This document shows positions 10,946 to 21,585 of a DNA stretch of 64,000 nucleotides, piece after piece. The DNA is from Thioploca sp. Its GTDB lineage: Bacteria > Pseudomonadota > Gammaproteobacteria > Beggiatoales > Beggiatoaceae. The position numbers were made by a program, and so were the translations under genes. The notes beneath the pieces were generated by a model that saw only the letters and a list, made by a program, of their open reading frames with translations, was not told where the DNA came from and searched no databases. Each line of letters opens with the position of its first letter. The stretch's first letter is position 1. The stretch spans positions 14,784-78,783 of the forward strand of contig DAOUSR010000001.1 of assembly GCA_030627125.1 (NCBI GenBank). Direction: 5' to 3'.

Positions 10946-11755
10946 ATGAAAAATGTAGAAAATGATAAAATCCGCCAAGCGGTGCGTAAAACTTATGCTA
11001 ATGTAGCAATTGGTGTAACAACTATTGGGGCTCAAACTTGTGGTGATGATGATACTAGTTGTTGTTCTGGAGTAAATGTCGCTCCTGATACTGTATCAAT
11101 GAATATGGGTTATTCCAAAGACGAAGTTATTGCAGTACCTGAAGGAGCTAATTTAGGTTTAGGCTGCGGTAATCCACAAGCAATAGCCTCTTTAAAAACT
11201 GGTGAAACTGTAATTGATTTGGGTAGTGGAGCTGGGTTTGATAGCTTTTTAGCGGCTCAAGCGGTTGGAATTACTGGGATAGTGATAGGAGTTGATATGA
11301 CACCAGACATGATAAGTAAAGCTCGGAGCAATGCTGAACAAGCCGGTTTCAATAATGTGGAATTTCGGTTAGGTGAAATCGAACATTTGCCAATAGCTGA
11401 CAATACTGTAGATGTAATCCTTTCCAATTGTGTTATCAATTTATCCCCAGAAAAACCGCAGGTATTTAATGATGCCTTCCGAGTATTAAAATCTGGCGGT
11501 CGGTTAGCAATATCAGATGTAGTGGCTACTGCTGAAATTCCGCTTGAATTACAAAAAGATATGGATTTACTTACTGGTTGTATGTCTGGTGCGGCTCAAA
11601 TAAATGAGTTAGAAACTATGTTACAACAAGCTGGTTTTGCTAATATACAAATTAAACCCAAAGATGAAAGCAAGCAATTCATTCGGAAGTGGGCTCCTGG
11701 AACTAAAATTACCGATTATGTAGTTTCAGCCACAATTGAAGCAGTTAAACTGTGA
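10946..11755 (+). CDS. arsM: Arsenite methyltransferase
   Basis: [25 protein letters not shown] and GC motifs with the conserved ArsM cysteines. Confidence 0.9.
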   Translation: MKNVENDKIRQAVRKTYANVAIGVTTIGAQTCGDDDTSCCSGVNVAPDTVSMNMGYSKDEVIAVPEGANLGLGCGNPQAIASLKTGETVIDLGSGAGFDSFLAAQAVGITGIVIGVDMTPDMISKARSNAEQAGFNNVEFRLGEIEHLPIADNTVDVILSNCVINLSPEKPQVFNDAFRVLKSGGRLAISDVVATAEIPLELQKDMDLLTGCMSGAAQINELETMLQQAGFANIQIKPKDESKQFIRKWAPGTKITDYVVSATIEAVKL

Positions 11756-12579
11756 TGCGAGTCTGTGGGTTTGAAGTTGGTTTAGATAAACCTTTATTTG
11801 TCATTGCTGGCCCTTGCGTAATTGAATCGGAACGGTTAGCTTTTGATACTGCTGAAAAATTAAAGCTTATTACCGATGAATTAAAAATTCCTTTTATCTA
11901 TAAATCTTCATTTGATAAAGCTAATCGTTCGTCGCATTCTAGCTATCGTGGAGTAGATGTGGAACAAGGATTACGCATTTTGGAAGCAGTTAAAAATCAA
12001 ATTGGAGTACCAGTATTAACCGATGTCCATGAATATACTCCATTATTAGAAGTGGCTGATGTGGTTGATGTGTTGCAAACTCCAGCTTTCTTATGTAGGC
12101 AGACTAATTTTATTCAAAATGTTGCCTGTCAGGGATTACCAGTTAATATCAAAAAGGGTCAGTTTTTAGCTCCTCAAGATATGCTTAATGTGGTCGAAAA
12201 AGTTAAAGCAGTGGGTAATGAAACCATTATGGTCTGTGAGCGTGGAGTATCATTTGGCTATAATAATCTAGTTTCAGATATGCGAGCTTTAGCAATAATG
12301 CGAGAAACAAATTGTCCGGTTGTATTTGATGCAACTCATTCAGTACAATTGCCGGGTGGTAATGGTAATGTATCTGGCGGCCAGCGTGAATTTGTACCAG
12401 TTTTAGCTCGGGCTGCTGTTGCTGTAGGTGTGGCTGGGATATTTATAGAAACTCATCCTAATCCTGAGCAAGCATTGAGTGATGGGCCAAATATGTGGCC
12501 TTTGGATAAAATGTATGATTTATTAAAAATGTTAAAACTAATTGATGATACGGTTAAAAATAATATGATATTTGATTAA
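11755..12579 (+). CDS. kdsA: KDO 8-phosphate synthase
   Basis: [35 protein letters not shown]; TGATG overlap with the arsM stop codon. Confidence 0.95.
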   Translation: MRVCGFEVGLDKPLFVIAGPCVIESERLAFDTAEKLKLITDELKIPFIYKSSFDKANRSSHSSYRGVDVEQGLRILEAVKNQIGVPVLTDVHEYTPLLEVADVVDVLQTPAFLCRQTNFIQNVACQGLPVNIKKGQFLAPQDMLNVVEKVKAVGNETIMVCERGVSFGYNNLVSDMRALAIMRETNCPVVFDATHSVQLPGGNGNVSGGQREFVPVLARAAVAVGVAGIFIETHPNPEQALSDGPNMWPLDKMYDLLKMLKLIDDTVKNNMIFD

Positions 12580-12611
12580 TATCTTAGTAAAGACACCTTT
12601 AGGAGCCAAAA

Positions 12612-13736
12612 ATGAAAATAATATTATTTATCGGTCTATTTATATGCCAATCAGCAATTGCTGCCTCGACTAGAATTATTTGCACACCAGGAGAATCATG
12701 TTTAGTAAATTTTAAAACTCCTTGGATAGTTGCACTTATTCATACTGGTAATGAACTTTCAAAAGATTCCATTTATTGTGGTGGTACGCTAATTGACCCA
12801 TACTGGGTATTAACTGCTGCTCATTGTACTAAAGATGAAATAGCCCAAGATATACAGGTTGTTATAGGCCGCCAAACTCTCAGTGAAACTAAATCTGCTG
12901 AAATAATAGACATAGAACAGATTATTACTCACTCTGATTATCAACGTAATAATGATGAAAATCCATTAGCTGATATTGCTTTATTACGCTTAAAAGAGCC
13001 GTCAACTCAAGAAGTTATACCAATAGCAAATATTAGTTCAATCAAGGTTGGTAATTTGTCATCTGTTATGGGTTGGGGAAAGACTAGTGCTAATAATTTC
13101 AATAGCTTTTCCGACACTTTACAATATACTTCGATACCAATTGTATCTAATGAAGTATGTAATAAAATTTATACTGATGATGTTGCAGATTCGATGTTAT
13201 GTGCTGGTTTTAAAGCAGGAGGCACTGATGGATGTAATGGGGACAGTGGTGGGCCTTTATTGATTAAGCATAATGGTGCATGGCAACAGATTGGGGTTAT
13301 GAGTTGGGGAGAAGGCTGTGCTTTGCCTAATTATTATGGAGTCTATACCAGAGTAGCATCGTTTATGGACTTTATTTATCAATATATAGAAAAACCATGT
13401 GAGACTCTTATAACACCAGAATTACAAGTTAATATGCTTGAATCTACTGTTAATATTAGTTGGGATGGCGAATGTATGGCTAAAGGTTATGAATTCTACT
13501 CAGCTCCATATTCTTTGCCTATAAGTGAAGTAACCATGGAAAATATTACTGCTTATGATTTTGGCTATAACAACAAAATTAGTATAGATTTGCAAATTTT
13601 AAAAATGTTCATACCTTATCAAAAGCTATATGTTGCAGTACGAGCCTATGATTGTGATGAAGTTAAAAATTGTAACAATTATAGTGATTATTCTAATTTA
13701 GGAGTGGTTTCTTTAGAATCTGAAATTAATCAATAA
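12612..13736 (+). CDS. Secreted S1 trypsin-like serine protease with a C-terminal FN3-like domain
   Basis: LTAAHC, DIALL and GDSGGP catalytic motifs; Asp at the S1 pocket position (TDGC); signal peptide. Confidence 0.9.
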   Translation: MKIILFIGLFICQSAIAASTRIICTPGESCLVNFKTPWIVALIHTGNELSKDSIYCGGTLIDPYWVLTAAHCTKDEIAQDIQVVIGRQTLSETKSAEIIDIEQIITHSDYQRNNDENPLADIALLRLKEPSTQEVIPIANISSIKVGNLSSVMGWGKTSANNFNSFSDTLQYTSIPIVSNEVCNKIYTDDVADSMLCAGFKAGGTDGCNGDSGGPLLIKHNGAWQQIGVMSWGEGCALPNYYGVYTRVASFMDFIYQYIEKPCETLITPELQVNMLESTVNISWDGECMAKGYEFYSAPYSLPISEVTMENITAYDFGYNNKISIDLQILKMFIPYQKLYVAVRAYDCDEVKNCNNYSDYSNLGVVSLESEINQ

Positions 13737-13895
13737 TTGCTGGCAATCCTAAATAAAGTAGTGGTAATATTTTAAAATCATAATAAAACCAATTACAAAT
13801 ATACCACTACTATGACTACTAAATTTAGCTAAATTAGTTTTTTACCTGAGTTTACTGTTTAACAACTATCCAAACTATTGATTCGGCAAGGTACA

Positions 13896-16800
13896 TTAAA
13901 ATACTTTCCTAGCATTCCAAAACATTTGCATCCAAGGCCCGTTTTCATCGTCCCAACTATCTGGCAACCAAGAATATTGGCTACTTAAAAACAATCGTTC
14001 TGGATGAGGCATCATAATGGTAACTCGTCCGTCTGTGGTAGTTAAACCAGTTACTCCTGACTTGGAACCATTTGGATTAGTTGGATAATTTTCAGTAACA
14101 CACCCAACATTATTTATATACTGTAAAGTTACTAACTCATTTGCGACTGTTGCAGTAACTCTGCCTTCACCATGTGCAACCACAATTGGCAAACGAGAGT
14201 CTGCCATTCCTTGGAAAAATACCGAAGCAGATTCAAGAATCTTCACCATTACTAACCTAGATTCAAACTGTTCTGATAAATTACGAGTAAAATTAGGAAA
14301 ACTTGCTCCCGGAATTAATTCCTGCAATTGTGCCAACATCTGACAACCATTGCAAACTCCCAAAGATATGGTATCAGACCGTTGAAAAAAAGCCGAAAAT
14401 TCGTCATAAGCTTGGCTATTAAACAAGATAGATTTTGCCCAACCACCTCCAGCTCCCAACACATCACCATACGAGAAACCACCACAAGCAACTAAAGCTT
14501 GAAAATCTTGCAGGGTAGTTCGACCAGCTAAAATATCACTACTATGTACATCAACACAAGTAAATCCAGCTCGATCAAAAGCGGCTGCCATTTCCAACTG
14601 ACCGTTTACTCCTTGTTCCCGTAAAATGGCTATTCTAGGTAGAGTTCCAATTATATTTGGTGCTGTTAGAGTAAAACTACATTTAACTGATAAAGCTTCA
14701 GCAGTAGAATTATATTCTTGTTCAGCACAAACTGGATTATCCCGCAATTTTTGCATTTGATAGCTAGTTTCACTCCAAATCTGTTGTAAATCACTCCGTT
14801 TAAATCTTAAAATTAAAGCTTCACGGTGATAAAAACTCAGTGTATAAGTATCAGTCGGTTGACCCAAAATATGAATGGTTAAATTAGTATGCTGGTTAAA
14901 CCAATTCTGTACTTCAACAAAATCAGTTGCTTTAATTTGTAACACTGCTCCTAATTCTTCATTGAATAAACTAGCAATGGAGTTAGTTCCCATATTATCC
15001 AAATTAATATTCAGACCAGTATGGCCAGCAAATGCCATTTCACATAGAGTTGTAAACAAACCACCATCGGAACGATCATGGTAAGCTAATATTTTACCTT
15101 GTTGGTTCAGAGCTTGGATAGCTAAAAAGAAATCGGCTAAATCTTGCGGATTATCTACATCTGGTGGCACATCCCCCAATTGATTATAAACTTGCCCCAA
15201 CGCTGAACCACCTAAACGATTTTTACCTTTTCCTAAATCTACCAAGAGCAATACGGTATTGCCGGGTCGTAACTGTGGAGTTAAACTAGCACGTATGTCA
15301 GCAACTCGAGCAAATGCCGATATAATTAATGACATAGGAGAAGTAACTGCTTTATCTTGCCATTGAGTGTGCATAGATAAGGAATCTTTCCCAACAGGAA
15401 TATTGATACCAATCGCTGGACATAATTCCATCGCTATCGCTTGCACGGTCTCAAATAAAGCTAAATCTTCATGCGGTTGCCCAGTGGCAGCCATCCAATT
15501 AGCAGATAATACAATATCACTCAACTGTTCGATACGTGCAGCCGCAATATTAGTCAAGGCTTCTCCAATCGCCATCCGTCCAGAAGCAGGAGCATTCAAT
15601 AAAGCTAATGGAGTACGCTCGCCAATCGCCATTGCTTCACCAGTAATACTGCCATAACTAGTTGCAGTCACCGCACAATCAGCTACTGGCACTTGCCAAG
15701 GCCCAACCATCTGATCTCTTACCGTTAGGCCACCAACCGTTCTATCGCCAATAGTAATTAAGAAGCTTTTACTAGCTACACTAGGTAAATGTAATACTCG
15801 TAAGACCGCATCTTTTAAGTTTATTTTGGCTAAATCCAGTGGAGTAAAATTCTGGGGTTGTCGTGCTACTTTCCGCACCATCTTTGGTGGTTTACCAAAT
15901 AATACCGAAGTTGGCATATCAATTGGACTAGTATTACCATTGTTAAGTTTTAACTGTTGTTCAGCAGTGGCTTCTCCAACTACTGCATAAGGACAACGTT
16001 CTCTAGCACATATTGCCGCAAAAGTTGCTAAATCTGTTTTATCAATAGCTAATACATAACGTTCTTGGGCTTCATTGCACCAAATTTCCAATGGCGATAA
16101 ACTGGAATCAGCTGATGGGATAGCCTGTAAGTCAAAGTTGCCACCACGTTCGCTATCATGCACTAATTCTGGTAAAGCATTGGACAAGCCGCCAGCCCCA
16201 ACATCATGGATAGATATAATTGGATTAGAATTCATCCGCCAACAAGCATCAATCACCTCTTGACACCGCCGTTGCATTTCTGGATTGCCACGTTGCACCG
16301 AAGCAAAATCCAAATCTTCACTGCTATGCCCAGCCACCATTGATGATGCGGCCCCACCACCTAAACCGATTAACATCGCCGGCCCCCCCAGCACAATTAT
16401 CGCACTGTTAGGAGGAATTGTATTTTTCTGTACATCAACCGCTCTGATATTACCAATTCCACCAGCCAACATAATAGGTTTATGATAACCCCGTCTACGT
16501 CCGTTTACTTCCATTTCAAAAGTACGAAAATAGCCACAAATTGCCGGACGGCCAAACTCATTATTAAATGCACTGGCTCCAATTGGCCCTTCCAACATAA
16601 TTTGTAAAGCGGTAGCCAAACGAGAAGGAGTTGCATATTCAGTTTCCCAAGGTTGTAAACTGTCAGGAATTCGTAAATTAGATACTGAAAATCCAGTTAA
16701 GCCAGCTTTTGGTTTAGCCCCACGTCCGGTGGCACCTTCATCTCGAATTTCGCCCCCGGAACCAGTAGCTGCCCCCGGAAACGGTGAAATTGCAGTGGGA

Positions 16801-17630
16801 TGGTTATGAGTTTCCACTTTCATCAAAATATCTATTTCTTCGGCAATATATTGATAAGTAGAATTATTTGGTAAAAAACGTTGGCCTTGAAAACCTCGCA
16901 TCACTGCAGAATTATCATGATAAGCAGAAAGCACTTGGCCCGGATTTTGGGCATGGGTATAACGAATCATCTGAAATAGTGATAATGGTTGCTTGTGACC
17001 GTCTATTATCCAATCTGCATTAAAAATTTTATGGCGACAATGTTCAGAATTAGCTTGGGCAAACATCATTAATTCAACATCAGTCGGATTTCTTTGCAAT
17101 TCTTTAAAATTATTATATAGATAGTCTATTTCATCTGCTGATAAAGCTAATCCTTGAGTTTGATTGGCTTGAATTAAAGCCTGCTTACCTTTAGTCAATA
17201 AATCAATAGTTTTCAGTGGGCGAGGAGTTGCTTGGGTAAATGTTTTTTCCGCAATATTCTCTAGTAAGCTTTCTGTCATTCGGTCGTGGATTAAGCTCAA
17301 ATCTATGTCAGACTTAGCAAGATTTGGCCACCACACTCCTCTTTCCAAACGTTTTACCGCTGTCAAACCACAAACATGATTAATATCAGTTGCTTTACTT
17401 GACCAAGGTGAGATAGTACGTGGTAAAACTAGTAGGCCTTGTTGTAATTCAGAAACTGGTTGGCAGTCTGGTAATAAAGCTTGCAAACGTGATGCTTCAA
17501 TTTCTGCTAATGGTCGTTCTAAATCAACCAAATATAAATATTTAGCTCGGTCTAAAGTAGCAACTTGAGCTATTTCTAGTAATTTATTATGCCGAAAGGT
17601 TGAAAGGGCAAAGCCACCGATGTAGTGCAT
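13896..17630 (-). CDS. purL: Phosphoribosylformylglycinamidine synthase (large type)
   Basis: [41 protein letters not shown]. Confidence 0.97.
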   Translation of the reverse strand: MHYIGGFALSTFRHNKLLEIAQVATLDRAKYLYLVDLERPLAEIEASRLQALLPDCQPVSELQQGLLVLPRTISPWSSKATDINHVCGLTAVKRLERGVWWPNLAKSDIDLSLIHDRMTESLLENIAEKTFTQATPRPLKTIDLLTKGKQALIQANQTQGLALSADEIDYLYNNFKELQRNPTDVELMMFAQANSEHCRHKIFNADWIIDGHKQPLSLFQMIRYTHAQNPGQVLSAYHDNSAVMRGFQGQRFLPNNSTYQYIAEEIDILMKVETHNHPTAISPFPGAATGSGGEIRDEGATGRGAKPKAGLTGFSVSNLRIPDSLQPWETEYATPSRLATALQIMLEGPIGASAFNNEFGRPAICGYFRTFEMEVNGRRRGYHKPIMLAGGIGNIRAVDVQKNTIPPNSAIIVLGGPAMLIGLGGGAASSMVAGHSSEDLDFASVQRGNPEMQRRCQEVIDACWRMNSNPIISIHDVGAGGLSNALPELVHDSERGGNFDLQAIPSADSSLSPLEIWCNEAQERYVLAIDKTDLATFAAICARERCPYAVVGEATAEQQLKLNNGNTSPIDMPTSVLFGKPPKMVRKVARQPQNFTPLDLAKINLKDAVLRVLHLPSVASKSFLITIGDRTVGGLTVRDQMVGPWQVPVADCAVTATSYGSITGEAMAIGERTPLALLNAPASGRMAIGEALTNIAAARIEQLSDIVLSANWMAATGQPHEDLALFETVQAIAMELCPAIGINIPVGKDSLSMHTQWQDKAVTSPMSLIISAFARVADIRASLTPQLRPGNTVLLLVDLGKGKNRLGGSALGQVYNQLGDVPPDVDNPQDLADFFLAIQALNQQGKILAYHDRSDGGLFTTLCEMAFAGHTGLNINLDNMGTNSIASLFNEELGAVLQIKATDFVEVQNWFNQHTNLTIHILGQPTDTYTLSFYHREALILRFKRSDLQQIWSETSYQMQKLRDNPVCAEQEYNSTAEALSVKCSFTLTAPNIIGTLPRIAILREQGVNGQLEMAAAFDRAGFTCVDVHSSDILAGRTTLQDFQALVACGGFSYGDVLGAGGGWAKSILFNSQAYDEFSAFFQRSDTISLGVCNGCQMLAQLQELIPGASFPNFTRNLSEQFESRLVMVKILESASVFFQGMADSRLPIVVAHGEGRVTATVANELVTLQYINNVGCVTENYPTNPNGSKSGVTGLTTTDGRVTIMMPHPERLFLSSQYSWLPDSWDDENGPWMQMFWNARKVF

Positions 17631-17874
17631 TTTGTTCTCAGTTTGAATGGTGTGGTTTATGAACTTATGTTGAACAGAAAGCTTCTTGGCAGAACGCCAC
17701 TTAAGTTAAACTTTGGAGTCCAAATCTTCAAATAATGGTAACAGACAATTATATAAATTCCAAGCCAGTGGACATATTTTTTCAGAAACTGGGATATTAT
17801 TCTGTTAAAAACATCTAAAATTATAATTGCATGATTTTTTAAAATAATTTTTCAGCTCTTAATTCACATTATAT

Positions 17875-20800
17875 TCAATTGGATAATGCTATATCTTCCA
17901 CAAACCCAAATTCAAGCAACATCATACTAATATCTCGATCATCCTGCGAATGATGATCATATTCACTAGGAGAATTAGTTACTTTTGCTTCCAATTGCAA
18001 AAAAACTATGTCATTAATTAATGATAACGACTCAAATCGCAGCTCATTATAACCAATATGAATCTCTTGACTAGTATATGTCTCATTATCCAGCGTTAAA
18101 GTTAATTGATTAGCGTAATCTTGCCAAGTCTCTGGTACATAAGCCTTCACCACAAAACTTAAATTAGCCGAAGATGGTTTAGAAATAATACCCAAACATC
18201 TTTTGCCCATCCAATGATCCAGAAATACCCCATCAAAATTCTTCGGAATAATTTGCTGAAAATAACTAGCAGGAATAGCTGGTTTACAATCATTCAATTT
18301 TTGATTTAACGCTACCAAATCATCGTAAAATGGCTTTCGTTTACCTTGAGCATCAATGATTCCATTCTCTTGCCATATCTGATATAAGTAAAAATCAGCC
18401 ACTAAAATTGGACTACCCAAATTTTCTAATTGCAATTCATGATCTAGATAAAAAGGTATATTTTCTAAATGGATAGCTTGCCATTCAGCATTCGGTTCTG
18501 GAATAATAGTTATGGTATGAATTACAGCATTTTTATGAAGGACAGCCAGCTTCAATTTGCCAGTTCCATCCGCAGTTTTCAATCTGAAATCTAATTGGAA
18601 AGGTTTGTCTTTAACATAAGGCACTCCCACGCACCAAGCTAATAACTGACTGAGTTTACCACCCGAACTTAACAATACCGCTTGACTATTGCTATCAGAC
18701 ACAATTTCGGAATTTTCTAACTTCCAACATGGATAATCTCGAGCAAAAATACCATTTTTCAACGCATTAGCCCGCACATCTCGTAATGTCCACATGCCAT
18801 AACCAACAGTATTATGCCGTAAAATATCCGCTACTCCAGTTAAAAAATTTGGCATTTCTTCAGCAGTAATACCAGTGTTATGTTCAAAACCGGGGGTATT
18901 ATCGATGAAGTTAAACTGATCGATGAATATCATATTGTTAGTTTTAGAACGAATATGCTCAAACATAAACTGCATCCGCTTCAAAATAGTTGCCGCTGAT
19001 TCTAAGCCACCATCGTTGGAAGCTCCCCAAGCTGGGGTATAATAAATTGTGCTTACATTAGTATCGCTAGTCAAATCAAAGGTTTGTTCGTGACAAATAA
19101 GGCTATCTTCTTGCGGATCACAATCAGTCCTAATTTCCATCGACAAAGCCGGAAAATGTTGTTTTGACTGTTTAAAAATCACCTTGATTAAAATTTCATC
19201 CCAAAATTCGCAAAATAGCTGAATCGCACTGGATTTAAACTCTGGAATTGGCACTTCATTATAATTGGCAAATGGCTGTTTATAACGGTTAGCAACTTCA
19301 GCAATGCTATAATGGGTTTGCAGATAACTCTGATAACCGCTACGAGCCGCAAATAACAGCCGTTGGTCGAGCGGAATATGGGTTAAATCCATGAAAAAGA
19401 AGTCTTCCCAAGTGATGAAACCGCCTAAAATATTGGGATAAGTTTTGGCTATAGCCCACAACCGATCCAAATAATCGCACCACGCTTCCATGGTCGCAGT
19501 ATCAGCTCCAATCACTACCTGTCGTAAAAAGCCTTCCGGTTCATTATCGGGGCCATTGTCATGGCTATAACCAAGTCGTAATATTACCTGTAAATCAAAA
19601 TCTTGAATCCGCTCTAACAATTGTTCAAACAGAGTGAAATATTCCTCATAATACGTGATCGGCTCCACTTTAGTCTGAAAGCCAACCCAAGGAATTAACA
19701 AGATCACGGTATTAAACCCAACCGATTGAATAAACTCTAATTCTGCATCAACTTGCTTTAGATTTAAATAACTCCAAAAATTAGCCGCCCAGCCTTGGGC
19801 TAAGAAATGAGTTGCTAATATTTTACCAGTTGGAATCCGAAATTTAGGTGGTTGATTGGTTGCGAACCGGAAAGCTGCTTCTTCATGGGAAGATTGGGGT
19901 GGTGGCAACGGATGGGTGGCTAATACTTCCCACCATTTAGCTTGAAATTTTTTCCGATTAATAGCTTGATAAGCTTTATAACCAGTTTGAATATCAGTGC
20001 CAGCAGTGATTCCTTCATGGTGAATTACTTCAGAATCATGACAGTAAATAACTTTATAACCTGCAGCACGAGTTGCAAAACATAAATCGGTATCTTCGTA
20101 GTAAGCTGGGGCGTAGCGTAAGTCAAATCCACCGATTTGCTCCCATAAAGCTGTCCGAATCATTAAGCTGGCACCAGAACAGTAATCAACTTCTCGATTT
20201 TTATTATATTTAGGTTCGGTTGGTTCTTGTAATCTACCATAATTCCAACCACTTGCATCACTAAAAATGATTCCGCCAGCTTCTTGCAATCGGCCATTCG
20301 GATAGATCAACTTAGACCCAGTAATCCCAACTTTTGGTTCATCAGCCATAACTTTAACCATATTTGCCAACCAACCGGGCAGCACCTGAGTATCATTGTT
20401 CAAAAATAATACAAATTTACCTTTAGCTATGGCAGCACCTTGCCTACAAGCTTCAACAAAACCTTTATTATCTTGATTATTAATAACTTGGAATGGACCT
20501 TGGAGCTGGTCTAATAGGTCTATGGTTGCATCACTGGACGCATTATTGACAATGATAATTTCTTTGCTAATTTCTGGATCGTACTTTTGCACTGTTAGCA
20601 AACAATTATAAGTATATAAAACTTTATTAAATATTGGAATTACAATGCTAACTGTAGGTTCTGCAACGGCTGGCAAAATTATAGGTTGAGGACTGACGGA
20701 ATTTACAAATTGTGGTAACAACCGATTGCATAAAATAGCTACTGTATTATTTTCACTAGCATCTTCGGAATAAATAGCAATTTCTAACGGCTGATTTGGA

Positions 20801-21138
20801 ATGCACTTCTGTACAGTTGGAAAAGGAATGTCTATATATTCATTATCAATTAAAAAATTAGCATTAAAACTATGATGAAATTTATTTATTTTTATAGTTA
20901 TATGGCAATTATTAATCCGACAATAAGTTCCAAATCTAAGGCGAATTCCAGTTATGGTGTCATTATTAGGAATTAGGTGACAAAGAACCCCAGCTTCAGC
21001 TAAAGAAATCGGTATATCACCATCGACAATGGTTGGAGTTATAGTTTGGCGTTGATTACCTAATAAGATAGCTGTAGGTAATTTATCAGTTATGGTGGGT
21101 TTAGAAGGTTTAGATGTTAAATATTTTAGGAAATTCAT
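17875..21138 (-). CDS. Family 2 glycosyltransferase fused to a glycoside-hydrolase-like TIM barrel and beta-sandwich domains
   Basis: VSIVIPIFNK, FLNNDT and YYEDTDLC (GT2); GFNTVILLIPW, TWEDF and ENGIIDAQGKRKP (clan GH-A-like). Confidence 0.75.
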   Translation of the reverse strand: MNFLKYLTSKPSKPTITDKLPTAILLGNQRQTITPTIVDGDIPISLAEAGVLCHLIPNNDTITGIRLRFGTYCRINNCHITIKINKFHHSFNANFLIDNEYIDIPFPTVQKCIPNQPLEIAIYSEDASENNTVAILCNRLLPQFVNSVSPQPIILPAVAEPTVSIVIPIFNKVLYTYNCLLTVQKYDPEISKEIIIVNNASSDATIDLLDQLQGPFQVINNQDNKGFVEACRQGAAIAKGKFVLFLNNDTQVLPGWLANMVKVMADEPKVGITGSKLIYPNGRLQEAGGIIFSDASGWNYGRLQEPTEPKYNKNREVDYCSGASLMIRTALWEQIGGFDLRYAPAYYEDTDLCFATRAAGYKVIYCHDSEVIHHEGITAGTDIQTGYKAYQAINRKKFQAKWWEVLATHPLPPPQSSHEEAAFRFATNQPPKFRIPTGKILATHFLAQGWAANFWSYLNLKQVDAELEFIQSVGFNTVILLIPWVGFQTKVEPITYYEEYFTLFEQLLERIQDFDLQVILRLGYSHDNGPDNEPEGFLRQVVIGADTATMEAWCDYLDRLWAIAKTYPNILGGFITWEDFFFMDLTHIPLDQRLLFAARSGYQSYLQTHYSIAEVANRYKQPFANYNEVPIPEFKSSAIQLFCEFWDEILIKVIFKQSKQHFPALSMEIRTDCDPQEDSLICHEQTFDLTSDTNVSTIYYTPAWGASNDGGLESAATILKRMQFMFEHIRSKTNNMIFIDQFNFIDNTPGFEHNTGITAEEMPNFLTGVADILRHNTVGYGMWTLRDVRANALKNGIFARDYPCWKLENSEIVSDSNSQAVLLSSGGKLSQLLAWCVGVPYVKDKPFQLDFRLKTADGTGKLKLAVLHKNAVIHTITIIPEPNAEWQAIHLENIPFYLDHELQLENLGSPILVADFYLYQIWQENGIIDAQGKRKPFYDDLVALNQKLNDCKPAIPASYFQQIIPKNFDGVFLDHWMGKRCLGIISKPSSANLSFVVKAYVPETWQDYANQLTLTLDNETYTSQEIHIGYNELRFESLSLINDIVFLQLEAKVTNSPSEYDHHSQDDRDISMMLLEFGFVEDIALSN

Positions 21139-21342
21139 ATTTTAAATGGGGGCTAGGATTTAGCTTGTGTTAACCGTAAATAACTGATATTACGAAAATT
21201 GATTCTCAACTTCAATAAGAAGCGGAAGAGGTTAGAAGATTTCTGCGTAACATCAGTAAATATTTGAGTTTAAACTTCGACAACCTCGTATTTTTGCTTC
21301 TGGCTTAAAAAAATCCTATTTAAGTTAGGAATTTGATATTTT

Positions 21343-21516
21343 CTATTCTTCCTTTAGCATCATAACTTGTACATAAGACTTAATTATACCAGTTTCGCTA
21401 AAAGCCAAAACAACATTTTCATAGGGTTTATAACCTTCTTGTATCTTCTCATTAACTGACTTAACTAATTGTTTATCATATTGTTCTACGATAGTTATAT
21501 ATATAGGTTTTTCCAT
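21343..21516 (-). CDS. Small DUF1737-like protein
   Basis: MEKPIYITIVE..LVKSVNEKIQEGYKPYE...YVQVM pattern; the ATG at 21516 is preferred over the upstream start in the ORF track. Confidence 0.6.
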   Translation of the reverse strand: MEKPIYITIVEQYDKQLVKSVNEKIQEGYKPYENVVLAFSETGIIKSYVQVMMLKEE

Positions 21517-21585
21517 TGTGTATTCCAAGTTTAGTTTATACAGGTAAAATTTAATACTATAATATTTTAATTTTTTTAGCAAGAA

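Noticed and set aside
14875-16485. Short plus-strand ORFs
   Set aside because: Antisense to purL.
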